From the NCBI GenBank assembly GCA_011773515.1, contig WVXK01000002.1, positions 1-48,574 of the forward strand: 48,574 bases of DNA. The letters run 5' to 3'. Numbering within the stretch: position 1 is the first letter of the stretch; the number at the start of each line of letters is the position of its first letter. This DNA is from Deltaproteobacteria bacterium. Lineage in GTDB: Bacteria > Desulfobacterota > Deferrimicrobia > J040. Of the stretch, positions 24,894 through 32,171 are shown piece by piece. The position numbers and the translations under genes were made by a program. The notes under the pieces were generated by a model. It had not been told where the DNA came from and did no database searches. It saw only the letters and a list, made by a program, of their open reading frames with translations.

Positions 24894-25151
24894 TTGGGGG
24901 GCAAAAAGAAAAAATCAGTTCTCTTCCGGGAAATCGGCAAGTATGCCGCCCTCGGCCTCGAAATGGCCCTGTCGGTGATCATCGGGCTCGCAATCGGCGC
25001 TTTTCTGGATAAGAGGTTGAAGACAGGTCCGTGGCTGACCCTGCTCTTTCTTGTCCTGGGCTTCGCGGCTGGCCTGCGCAGCCTCATCCGGGCGGCGCTC
25101 AAGTCGCAGAAGGAGATGAACAACGAGGAAGAATCGGACGGGAAGCCTTGA
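24894..25151 (+). CDS. AtpZ/ATPase_gene1-like small membrane protein
   Basis: The two-TM pattern YAALGLEMALSVIIGLAIGAFLDKRLKTGPWLTLLFLVLGFAAGL is typical of the small proteins encoded upstream of atpI. I propose the TTG at 24894 (GAGGG 7 nt upstream) because the track's GTG at 24828 lies inside the predicted promoter. Confidence 0.6.
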   Translation: MGGKKKKSVLFREIGKYAALGLEMALSVIIGLAIGAFLDKRLKTGPWLTLLFLVLGFAAGLRSLIRAALKSQKEMNNEEESDGKP

Positions 25152-25534
25152 ACGAGGGAAAGGTACCCAGAAGGATTGAACTCCAGATCCTCCTCTCTGC
25201 GGCGGCAATAGCGGGCCTTTTTGTGATCTTTAACATGGCGGGGAAGGTGCCCGGGGTGATCGCAGGAGGCCTCGTTGCGTATCTGAACTTTTTTTTCATC
25301 AGGGTCATCATCCTGAGGACTTTTGCGCGGAAGGACAAAATCAGATTTGCAATCGCTCTGTTATATGGTGTAAAATTCCTGGCGGTCATCCTCGTCGTAT
25401 ACCTGATCGTCAGGAGCAAACGGTTCGACATGGTGGGTTTCCTCGCCGGGTTTTCGAGCCTTCTGCTGGGGATTCTCCTGGAGGGGATTCGCAGGGCCAT
25501 ATGGGAAGACAGGCCGCCGGAGGAAAGCGGATGA
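25148..25534 (+). CDS. atpI: ATP synthase protein I
   Basis: The TTG at 25148 overlaps the previous stop (TTGA). It is a four-TM small hydrophobic protein (ILLSAAAIAGLFVIF...VIAGGLVAYLNFFFI...LLYGVKFLAVILVVYLIV...FLAGFSSLLLGILLEG) directly upstream of atpB. Confidence 0.65.
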   Translation: MNEGKVPRRIELQILLSAAAIAGLFVIFNMAGKVPGVIAGGLVAYLNFFFIRVIILRTFARKDKIRFAIALLYGVKFLAVILVVYLIVRSKRFDMVGFLAGFSSLLLGILLEGIRRAIWEDRPPEESG

Positions 25535-26292
25535 AGGTGAAAAGATCGGTGCCACTCGTTCTGGGTATGCTGGCTTTGCCGGGCGTGGCGCATGCCGCCG
25601 GAGAGCATGGATTTTCCTGGTTCAACCTCCTGAAGATACCGGGGGTCCCCCCGTACATCCTTGCTGCTGCGTGCGTCGCGATTTTCATCCTCCTCCTCTC
25701 CTTTCTCGCCGTGGGGTCGAAAAAGCCCGAGGACCTGCTGATTCCCGATGCAAAGTTCAACCTCAGGAACCTGCTCGAGCTCATCGTCATGTTCGTCTAC
25801 AGCATCGGCAAGGACATCATCGGGGAGGAGATGAAAAATTACATGCCCCTCATTGCGACGGTGTTCATCTATATTCTGTTCATGAACCTGCTCGGGCTCG
25901 TCCCCGGCTTTTTGCCGCCCACGGACAAGATGACCGTGACCGTGGGGTGTGCCCTCGTCATATTTTTTGCCACCCACTATTACGGGGTGAAAGCAAACGG
26001 GATGAAATATTTCAAGCACTTTATCGGTCCCGTGTGGCCGCTGGCCCCCCTGATGATCCCCATTGAGATCATCAGCCATCTCGCGCGGCCCATGTCTCTC
26101 TCCCTCCGGCTTTTCGGCAACATAACGGGTGACCACCTCGTGGTTGGCATATTTCTCGGCCTCGTGCCGATTCTTGTGCCGTCGATCTTTTACGGCCTGG
26201 GGGCGTTCGTATCTTTCATGCAGGCGTTCATCTTCACCGTGCTCTCCATGATTTACATCGCCGGCGCCATCGAACACGGGGAAGACCATTGA
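25531..26292 (+). CDS. atpB: F0F1 ATP synthase subunit a
   Basis: The essential-Arg region LSLRLFGNITGDH and a multi-TM profile are present. I prefer the ATG at 25531, which overlaps the atpI stop (ATGA). Confidence 0.92.
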   Translation: MKVKRSVPLVLGMLALPGVAHAAGEHGFSWFNLLKIPGVPPYILAAACVAIFILLLSFLAVGSKKPEDLLIPDAKFNLRNLLELIVMFVYSIGKDIIGEEMKNYMPLIATVFIYILFMNLLGLVPGFLPPTDKMTVTVGCALVIFFATHYYGVKANGMKYFKHFIGPVWPLAPLMIPIEIISHLARPMSLSLRLFGNITGDHLVVGIFLGLVPILVPSIFYGLGAFVSFMQAFIFTVLSMIYIAGAIEHGEDH

Positions 26293-26349
26293 TTTAGAGG
26301 GTCGGCCGGCCCTTTGAATAAAATACATTTCCCATAAGGAGGGAAGTAG

Positions 26350-26679
26350 ATGTCCAGAAAAGTTTCACTCACAACACTCCTCGCACTGCTGATCGTGGCA
26401 GTTGCATCGATTGCGTTTGGTGCGGAAGAGGCTGCAGCCGGAGCGGGGTCGGGCGTCAAGGCGTTCATCGCTATCGCGGCGGGATTCGGCATTGCGATCG
26501 CTTCTTTTGGCGGTGCGCTCGGCCAGTCCAAAGCCATCGCTTCGGGGCTTGAAGGAATAGCGAGAAATCCCTCTGCACAGAACAAGATCTTCATTCCCAT
26601 GATCGTTGGCCTGGCTTTGATCGAGTCGCTCGTAATCTATGCGCTCGTTATCTCTTTCATCCTCGTTGGGAAGCTGTAA
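26350..26679 (+). CDS. atpE: F0F1 ATP synthase subunit c, with N-terminal signal-like extension
   Basis: The hairpin core is AIAAGFGIAIASFGGALGQSKAIASGLEGIARNP...IVGLALIESLVIYALVISFIL, with the carboxylate Glu in helix 2. About 30 extra N-terminal residues (MSRKVSLTTLLALLIVAVASIAFGAEE) look like a signal peptide. AGGAGGGA lies upstream. Confidence 0.9.
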   Translation: MSRKVSLTTLLALLIVAVASIAFGAEEAAAGAGSGVKAFIAIAAGFGIAIASFGGALGQSKAIASGLEGIARNPSAQNKIFIPMIVGLALIESLVIYALVISFILVGKL

Positions 26680-26705
26680 GCAGGAAGGAAGAGGGAAGAA
26701 ATGGT

Positions 26706-26734
26706 GGGCTGCCTGCCGGCAGCCCCTTCTGTTT
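26706..26734 (+). terminator. putative intrinsic terminator after atpE
   Basis: GGGCTGCC (26706-26713) pairs with GGCAGCCC (26718-26725) around a 4-nt loop, followed by CTTCTGTTT. Confidence 0.5.
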
Positions 26735-26773
26735 GAACCCGGTGTGCTTCAATGGGGCATGTCATTTGGTATT

Positions 26774-26885
26774 GTGGATTTCGGAATGCGGATTGCTGAA
26801 TAGGGCCCGGTTACCCGTTCGGAAACGCGCTTCCCTCTTCCGGTCCTTCCCGGTTTAGTTCCGCAATCCGCAGTCCCCATTCCAC
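26774..26885. repeat. inverted arrays of tandem heptamers (GGAWTKC units) flanking a 66-nt spacer
   Basis: The left arm reads GGATTTC GGAATGC GGATTGC (26776-26796). The right arm reads GCAATCC GCAGTCC CCATTCC (26863-26883), which is the reverse complement of GGAATGG GGACTGC GGATTGC. With flanking bases, 22 of 27 positions are complementary (26774-26800 against 26859-26885). Confidence 0.6.
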
Positions 26886-26887
26886 GA

Positions 26888-26913
26888 GGCCGGAATACCC
26901 GGCCGGATTTTTT
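26888..26913 (+). terminator. hairpin plus T-tract at the atpE/hemL convergence point
   Basis: GGCCGG (26888-26893) pairs with CCGGCC (26899-26904) around a 5-nt loop, followed by GGATTTTTT. In the plus orientation it ends 1 nt before the hemL stop codon. Confidence 0.5.
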
Positions 26914-26914
26914 C

Positions 26915-28204
26915 CTACAAGATCTTCTTCAGCACGTTCTCTGCAGCCCTGATGGTTTGATCGATATCCCTGCGGGTGTGGGCTGCCGAAACAAAGGCCG
27001 CTTCGAACTGGGAGGGAGCGAGGTACACCCCCGCGTTGAGCATGGCGTGAAAATAGCGGCCATACGTTTTCGTGTCCGTGCTTCTTGCTGTGTCATAGTC
27101 GTACACGGCGGGCAGGCCGGTGAAGAAGGCCGTGAACATGGAGCCCACCCTGTTGATGGGGATGTTTGCCTTCAATCTGGAAGCTATGCCCGACAGGCCG
27201 TCTGCGAGAACGGAGGCCTTCTCCTCCAGTTCCCGGTAAATGCTTCTCTTTTCAAGCGCCCTCAGCGTGGCCAGGCCCGCGGAGACGGCGAGTGGATTTC
27301 CTGACAGGGTCCCGGCCTGGTAGACGGGGCCGGTTGGGGAGATATGATCCATGATATCGCCTTTCCCCCCGAAGGCGCCAACGGGAAGGCCCCCCCCTAT
27401 TATCTTGCCCAGCACGGTAAGGTCCGGCTCAATCCCGAAAAGCTGCTGTGCGCCGCCCGGGGCCACCCTGAACCCCGACATGACCTCGTCGAAGATGAGC
27501 ACGATCCCCTCCTTTGCCGTGGCTTCCCTGAGGCCCTCGAGGAATCCGGGTTTCGGAACGATCACCCCCATGTTTCCCGGCACGGGCTCGATGACGACGC
27601 AGGCGACCTTGCCCCGGTTCGCTTTTATGAGCCTGCTCACCGAATCCAGGTCGTTGAAGCGTGCCGTGAGGGTCTCTCTGGCAAGCCCCTTCGGAACGCC
27701 CGGGCTGTCGGGAACGCCGAGGGTCGTGGCGCCGGACCCTGCTTTGACGAGCAGGCTGTCACCGTGGCCGTGGTAACACCCGGCGAACTTGATGATGCGG
27801 TCCCGTCCCGTGTAGCCCCGCGCAAGCCGGATTGCGCTCATGGCGGCTTCGGTGCCCGAGCTGACCAGCCGTACCCGCTGCATTGAGGGGAAGAATTTTT
27901 TTATCAGCTTCGCCAGCTCGATCTCGAGCTTCGTCGGGGCGCCGAAGCTCGTCCCCCTCTTCGCCGCCTCGCCGACCTGTTTGATCACGGCGGCCGGGGC
28001 GTGTCCGAGTATCATGGGGCCCCAGGAGCCGACGTAGTCGATGTATTCGTTCCCGTCCTCGTCCCACACCCGGGATCCCTTTGCCCTGGCGATGAACAGG
28101 GGGGTCCCGCCGACGGACTTGAAAGCCCGGACGGGCGAGTTCACCCCTCCCGGAATATGATTTTTGGCCTGACGGAAGAGCTTTCTCGAAACAGCGGTCT
28201 TCAT
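26915..28204 (-). CDS. hemL: glutamate-1-semialdehyde 2,1-aminomutase
   Basis: IPGGVNSPVRAF, DYVGSWGPMILGH, LIFDEVMSGFR and the PLP-Lys region LTVLGKIIGGGLPVGAFGG. I prefer the start MKTAVSRKLF at 28204 over the track's 28240. Confidence 0.93.
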   Translation of the reverse strand: MKTAVSRKLFRQAKNHIPGGVNSPVRAFKSVGGTPLFIARAKGSRVWDEDGNEYIDYVGSWGPMILGHAPAAVIKQVGEAAKRGTSFGAPTKLEIELAKLIKKFFPSMQRVRLVSSGTEAAMSAIRLARGYTGRDRIIKFAGCYHGHGDSLLVKAGSGATTLGVPDSPGVPKGLARETLTARFNDLDSVSRLIKANRGKVACVVIEPVPGNMGVIVPKPGFLEGLREATAKEGIVLIFDEVMSGFRVAPGGAQQLFGIEPDLTVLGKIIGGGLPVGAFGGKGDIMDHISPTGPVYQAGTLSGNPLAVSAGLATLRALEKRSIYRELEEKASVLADGLSGIASRLKANIPINRVGSMFTAFFTGLPAVYDYDTARSTDTKTYGRYFHAMLNAGVYLAPSQFEAAFVSAAHTRRDIDQTIRAAENVLKKIL

Positions 28205-28478
28205 GGCATCCCTCCACGCATCCTTGATGTGTGAACCCATGAACGATAACCGGGCGGGCTTCCGGAACTCCGGCCGGGTAGCGTTTTTGCACGCCCGCTG
28301 AAGCTCGTTTCTGATGGGCTCCCGATAAGTAAACTACGGAAAATCGATCGTGTCAACCATCGGGGAGCGAGGAGGCGCTTCTTCGATGAGGGTGTGGCCG
28401 AGATGGAGAATATGGCTATAATATAAGGAAAGGGGGCGCAGAAGGCAGGCGGCACGAGAGCCTGATGGGAGGTTTCAC

Positions 28479-28853
28479 ATGGGCAAGCGGGACAAGGAGC
28501 TGATCGAGTCCAACTACGGGGCTCTGTGGTCGGGTTCGCAGGAGATAACCGTCATGGGAAAAGCCCTCGGGATCAGAGACGTGCTCCGGGCTATCGACCT
28601 GGATGCAGGGGATATCGTCCCGATAGACGTGGTGAAACTGGGGGAAGACCGCTTTGCCCTGCGCTACTTTGACGGGGACGACCGGTGCGTGGTTGCCCTC
28701 GAGATGGATCGCCGGTACAGGATCACCAGCGAGCACAGGGCCCACGTAGCGGAATGGCTCGAGGACACCTACCACGGTATAGGGAGAGAAGCCATTTCTC
28801 CTTACGAACTGGTAAGTTACCTGATGGACCTCTACGGTGTGGAGGACCGGTAG
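28479..28853 (+). CDS. hypothetical protein, 124 aa (paralogue A of a tandem pair)
   Basis: GGGAGG lies 7 nt upstream of the ATG. The protein aligns along most of its length with the 131-aa product of 29104..29499 (MGxxDKxLIExxYGxLWxG...VPIDxVxLGExRxAxRYxDGDDRCVxxLExD...EHRAHxAxxLED). I recognise no family. Confidence 0.7.
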   Translation: MGKRDKELIESNYGALWSGSQEITVMGKALGIRDVLRAIDLDAGDIVPIDVVKLGEDRFALRYFDGDDRCVVALEMDRRYRITSEHRAHVAEWLEDTYHGIGREAISPYELVSYLMDLYGVEDR

Positions 28854-28923
28854 GGCCGGACCCGCTTTCCTTGAGAATGGCGGCCACCCTCTTCTCCCCG
28901 TCGATTCTTTCCCCCGGGATGCC

Positions 28924-28952
28924 TTGACCTTGGGAGAGAAAAGGGGTATAAG
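28924..28952 (+). promoter_or_regulatory. sigma70-like promoter upstream of paralogue B
   Basis: TTGACC (28924-28929), an exact 17-nt spacer, then TATAAG (28947-28952). Confidence 0.45.
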
Positions 28953-29103
28953 ATATATTCCCCGGCACTGCATGCGGGACCGCAGGTGTTATTCGTCTGT
29001 CCTGCCAGTTAATTTGGGGGCAAAAATCCCGAAATATCTGCCCCGTTTAGGGTAGAATTGTTGAATATAACGAGGCTGTTTCGCCGGACAAGGGAGGAAA
29101 GAC

Positions 29104-29499
29104 ATGGGGGTGAAGGACAAGCAGCTGATCGAGCAGAAATACGGAAAGCTCTGGACGGGCAAGGATATAATAACCATCGGCGACAAGCTTGTCACGAAGG
29201 AGGACGCGCTCAGGGCGTTTGACATCTGGATGGATGCCGTACCCATCGATCTCGTGGAGCTGGGGGAGAACAGGTATGCCTTTCGCTACTATGACGGCGA
29301 TGACCGGTGCGTGGGGGTGCTCGAGTTCGACGAGACGTTTCGTCTGCTCAAGGAGCACCGGGCACACATCGCCGATTTTCTCGAGGATGAGTCCGAATAT
29401 TACGAGCTGGGCATAAAGGCGTTTATGCCCGAGGAGGTTGCCCGCTTCCTCAGGGAACGGTACGAGAAGGAGGGTGGGGAGAAAGAGGGCGATGAGTGA
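29104..29499 (+). CDS. hypothetical protein, 131 aa (paralogue B of the tandem pair)
   Basis: GGGAGG lies 7 nt upstream of the ATG. It is clearly paralogous to 28479..28853 and has an acidic C-terminal tail (KEGGEKEGDE). Confidence 0.75.
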   Translation: MGVKDKQLIEQKYGKLWTGKDIITIGDKLVTKEDALRAFDIWMDAVPIDLVELGENRYAFRYYDGDDRCVGVLEFDETFRLLKEHRAHIADFLEDESEYYELGIKAFMPEEVARFLRERYEKEGGEKEGDE

Positions 29500-29863
29500 G
29501 GCGCGGTGCCTGAAAGCAAGTGAGAGGAGCTCGAGAATCCAGTATATGGTGGAGGGGGTTTTCGGGGACGAAGAGGGCATGAAGGTTCCGTTCTACGTGA
29601 TGGTCCTTCCCCACCACGCTTCGTATCAGACCGTCGCGAACAGGGGAGGAGAGAAGCTAACCGAACAATTTATAAGGGTTTTTGGAACCCCGACCGATGG
29701 GCCAACGGTGGTCAAGGGCGGGTCGTGCGGGGGAGAAGTGGGAGGGCTCGCAGGGGAGCTGGACGTCCATGGCGCCATGATGTCCCTCCTCTGGGACGGT
29801 GATCGCTTTGACAGGGGGCAGTTTATCGAAACCCTCAAAAAATTTTTAAAGGGCTGCCTCTGA
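29492..29863 (+). CDS. hypothetical protein, about 123 aa
   Basis: An ORF in protein-like composition (MVEGVFGDEEGMKVPFYVMVLPHHASYQTVANRGGEKLTEQFIRVFG...). The ATG at 29492 overlaps the upstream stop (ATGAGTGA), which suggests translational coupling, but the start is uncertain because the SD spacing is poor. Confidence 0.5.
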   Translation: MSEARCLKASERSSRIQYMVEGVFGDEEGMKVPFYVMVLPHHASYQTVANRGGEKLTEQFIRVFGTPTDGPTVVKGGSCGGEVGGLAGELDVHGAMMSLLWDGDRFDRGQFIETLKKFLKGCL

Positions 29864-29877
29864 AATAATATCGTGAA

Positions 29878-30225
29878 ATGGGATGTTTACATTGGAAAGT
29901 GACACGCTGCGAAAGTCGTGGAAGAGGCACTGTTCTCATCTATGAAGGGGAAAGCGTTGAGCAGTGCGGGAAGGAGAGGGTCTCCTTTCACTTCGTTATA
30001 AGAAGTGATATTTTCGTCGCCGACATCCTGGCCGAAACCACGGGCGGCTTTCGGTTCATCGAATTTTTAAAGGGGAAGTTCGGTGATCCGGAAGAGGATC
30101 CGCTTTATATCTTTCACGGCGAGTTCGGTGACGGCATTCCGGCCCTCCCGATATCGGCCTGGTGGAGAGTGGACCGGTACCGGGCGATTTCCGTCATGGA
30201 TGAGATTTTAAAAGGAGAGGGGTAA
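29878..30225 (+). CDS. hypothetical protein, 115 aa
   Basis: The ORF begins 14 nt after the previous stop and has no obvious SD. The sequence looks like a folded protein (TVLIYEGESVEQCGKERVSFHFVIRSDIFVADILAETTGGFRFIEFLKGKFGDPEEDPLYIFHGEF). I recognise no family. Confidence 0.5.
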   Translation: MGCLHWKVTRCESRGRGTVLIYEGESVEQCGKERVSFHFVIRSDIFVADILAETTGGFRFIEFLKGKFGDPEEDPLYIFHGEFGDGIPALPISAWWRVDRYRAISVMDEILKGEG

Positions 30226-30230
30226 CGTCA

Positions 30231-31649
30231 ATGGGAAAGAAAAAGGGGAAAAAAGAGGGGAAGAAAGGGCAAAAAGAGATAGAGTTAGAAGGTTTCGGTA
30301 TGGAAGAGGAAGTTCCCGCCACCTACCGCTCTCTCGTAACCGGGAGATTGCTCGCCAGGGAAGGCGTCATCATGACGAAACTGTCGGAAATGCAGGAGAG
30401 AGAGCTTCGGTTCACGGTGAGGATCTTTGCTGACTGCATGGAAGAGGAGGATATGGAGAGGTTTCTCGACGGGTATTCGGAATATATGATCGAGGAAGAT
30501 CTCATGAAATTCGTTGGAGATTTCGTCCCGAAGTATACCGCGTACGCAATTGCAGAGCTCGAACAGAGAAAGGAGAAGTCGGAAGGGTTCGAACCGGAGC
30601 AGATCACCGGGGAGGAACTTCAGGAGATGGCGATAAAGGAAAAATGGCCGAAGCTCGGGAAAAAACCGGAAGCTTTTTCGAGCCTTCGCCTGCGGAGGGA
30701 GATTGCCAAACTCGCCCTCTGCCTGAGGCCCTACATGCTCTCCGATCCCGGATGGAACGAATCTCTCCTGGAGTTTTCTCTCTACTACGATATCCAGGAA
30801 AAGCTGAAAGAGCTCCCGGTAGAGGAGATTCACGATGTCGTGAGGAAGATGGCATCCATGGTATTACAAGCAGATAAAGTAAAGGGTATAAAGGAAAAAG
30901 AAGAGGAATTGAGCAAGGTTAGGGCATACGTCCTTTCCCTCGCAGGTATGGAAGGGGACGTTAAAGAGCTCATCGGACCTCTCATGGAGCGGTACCCGAG
31001 GGAGGCTCCAGAGGGGTGGGAGCTTGCTGAATTCAGACATAATCTCAGGCAGATGAGCAAAAAAGATCTCCAGATGTCAGCGTTTGTTTACATAGAACTG
31101 CTGACCCTCTCGGAGATGGAGGAGCTTACCAGGCCGTTCATGGATAAATACAGCTCTTTCCATGAGATGGACAAGGAGACCCTGATCGATCTCATATGCG
31201 CTCTCGTATATGGCATCGGCGACAGACAGATTCTCGATTTTTTCGAGCGGTACACGAAGGGGAAGATGATGGTCGTGAAAGCCTATTCTCCAGAAACCTG
31301 GAAGCTGATCCCCAGAGAGAAGAAACTTCAGCATTTACGGGAAGATAACGACGAGATGGACATCGCGCTGATGGCCAGACACCTTGCGAGATTGTACATG
31401 ACGGAGATGTACAGCAAGCTGTACGACTACGATTTCCAGGTAGACCTTATCAAAAACCCCGGATACATGAAGACACAGGGAGCACTGGTAAGCGGGATGG
31501 GAGAGGCCGGTGAGGGAAAGCTCCTTCGAGCGCTGAACGACGAGGTTACCGTTTCCATGATCGATGTGGTAAGCAGCAGGGAAGATATCCGGGAGAAGTA
31601 TGCAGCCCTCAGAAAGCGTATAGCTTCCGCTCTGGGGTTCGAAATTTAA
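30231..31649 (+). CDS. hypothetical protein, 472 aa, K/E-rich and predicted helical, with Lys-rich N-terminus
   Basis: The ORF begins 5 nt after the previous stop, with AGGAGAGGGG upstream. It starts MGKKKGKKEGKKGQKE. I see no Walker, nuclease, HxH or other catalytic motif. The DNA is visibly more A/T-rich than the flanks. Confidence 0.75.
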   Translation: MGKKKGKKEGKKGQKEIELEGFGMEEEVPATYRSLVTGRLLAREGVIMTKLSEMQERELRFTVRIFADCMEEEDMERFLDGYSEYMIEEDLMKFVGDFVPKYTAYAIAELEQRKEKSEGFEPEQITGEELQEMAIKEKWPKLGKKPEAFSSLRLRREIAKLALCLRPYMLSDPGWNESLLEFSLYYDIQEKLKELPVEEIHDVVRKMASMVLQADKVKGIKEKEEELSKVRAYVLSLAGMEGDVKELIGPLMERYPREAPEGWELAEFRHNLRQMSKKDLQMSAFVYIELLTLSEMEELTRPFMDKYSSFHEMDKETLIDLICALVYGIGDRQILDFFERYTKGKMMVVKAYSPETWKLIPREKKLQHLREDNDEMDIALMARHLARLYMTEMYSKLYDYDFQVDLIKNPGYMKTQGALVSGMGEAGEGKLLRALNDEVTVSMIDVVSSREDIREKYAALRKRIASALGFEI

Positions 31650-31695
31650 TAGAACGCCTTTTGAATATAACTACTTAGCGAAGGAGGAGACGCAT

Positions 31696-31914
31696 ATGAA
31701 ATGGGAATACAAGGACAGAATGGTGATGTTTCAGGAAACTCCCGAAGGGCTCACGAGCGATATTTCCTGGCTGAACGAAGAGGGAGATGATGGATGGGAA
31801 GTCGTCGGGACGGTTCCCCTTATTGCGCCGAACAGAGACGGCATCGCATACGGGACCGTGGGGACGCACATTTTGATGAAACGCCCCAAGAAAGCGAAGG
31901 CAGGGAAAAAATAA
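31696..31914 (+). CDS. DUF4177-like small protein, 72 aa
   Basis: AAGGAGGAG lies upstream. MKWEYKDRMVMF...WLNEEGDDGWEVVGTVP...ILMKRP matches, from memory, the DUF4177 pattern (MKxEYK...LNxxGxxGWELV...KRP). It has a Lys-rich tail. Confidence 0.65.
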   Translation: MKWEYKDRMVMFQETPEGLTSDISWLNEEGDDGWEVVGTVPLIAPNRDGIAYGTVGTHILMKRPKKAKAGKK

Positions 31915-31933
31915 ACTAACGTTAATTTTTTTC

Positions 31934-31963
31934 TTGACAATCTTCGGATGGTGGTAATAGAAT
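31934..31963 (+). promoter_or_regulatory. sigma70-like promoter upstream of the CoA-transferase operon
   Basis: TTGACA (31934-31939), an 18-nt spacer, then TAGAAT (31958-31963). This would leave an untranslated leader of about 200 nt before the ATG at 32172. Confidence 0.45.
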
Positions 31964-32171
31964 AAAACACGTTTCTAGAATATCCCATCCAAAATAGTCG
32001 TGAGGGGGGGGGTTAAGGGTTTTATTTTTTGACAAGTGTCTGTTTTTATAGGCAGAAGTAGGCTGTTGAAAAATTCTTTGGGAAAGGGGGGATGCAAGGG
32101 GACAACCTCTATTTAAGTATCATTTACCCGTAAGGCTGTAGCAAGCAAGTCATTAAACAAGGAGGGGTAGA

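Noticed and set aside
28416-28421. TATAAT hexamer upstream of the first cassette gene as its promoter.
   Set aside because: No acceptable -35 hexamer lies at 16-19 nt (TGTGGC/GTGTGG), and there is no proper TGn extended -10. It remains only a possibility, not a feature.
28427-28436. A shared ggaaaggggg 10-mer near both ends of the unknown cassette (28427 and about 32090) as possible att-like direct repeats.
   Set aside because: The match is too short and too G-rich to be significant in this genome. No integrase, recombinase or tRNA lies nearby.
32029-32052. A second TTGACA hexamer in the CoA-transferase upstream region.
   Set aside because: The only -10-like hexamer downstream (TATAGG) is 12 nt away, which is incompatible with sigma70 spacing.
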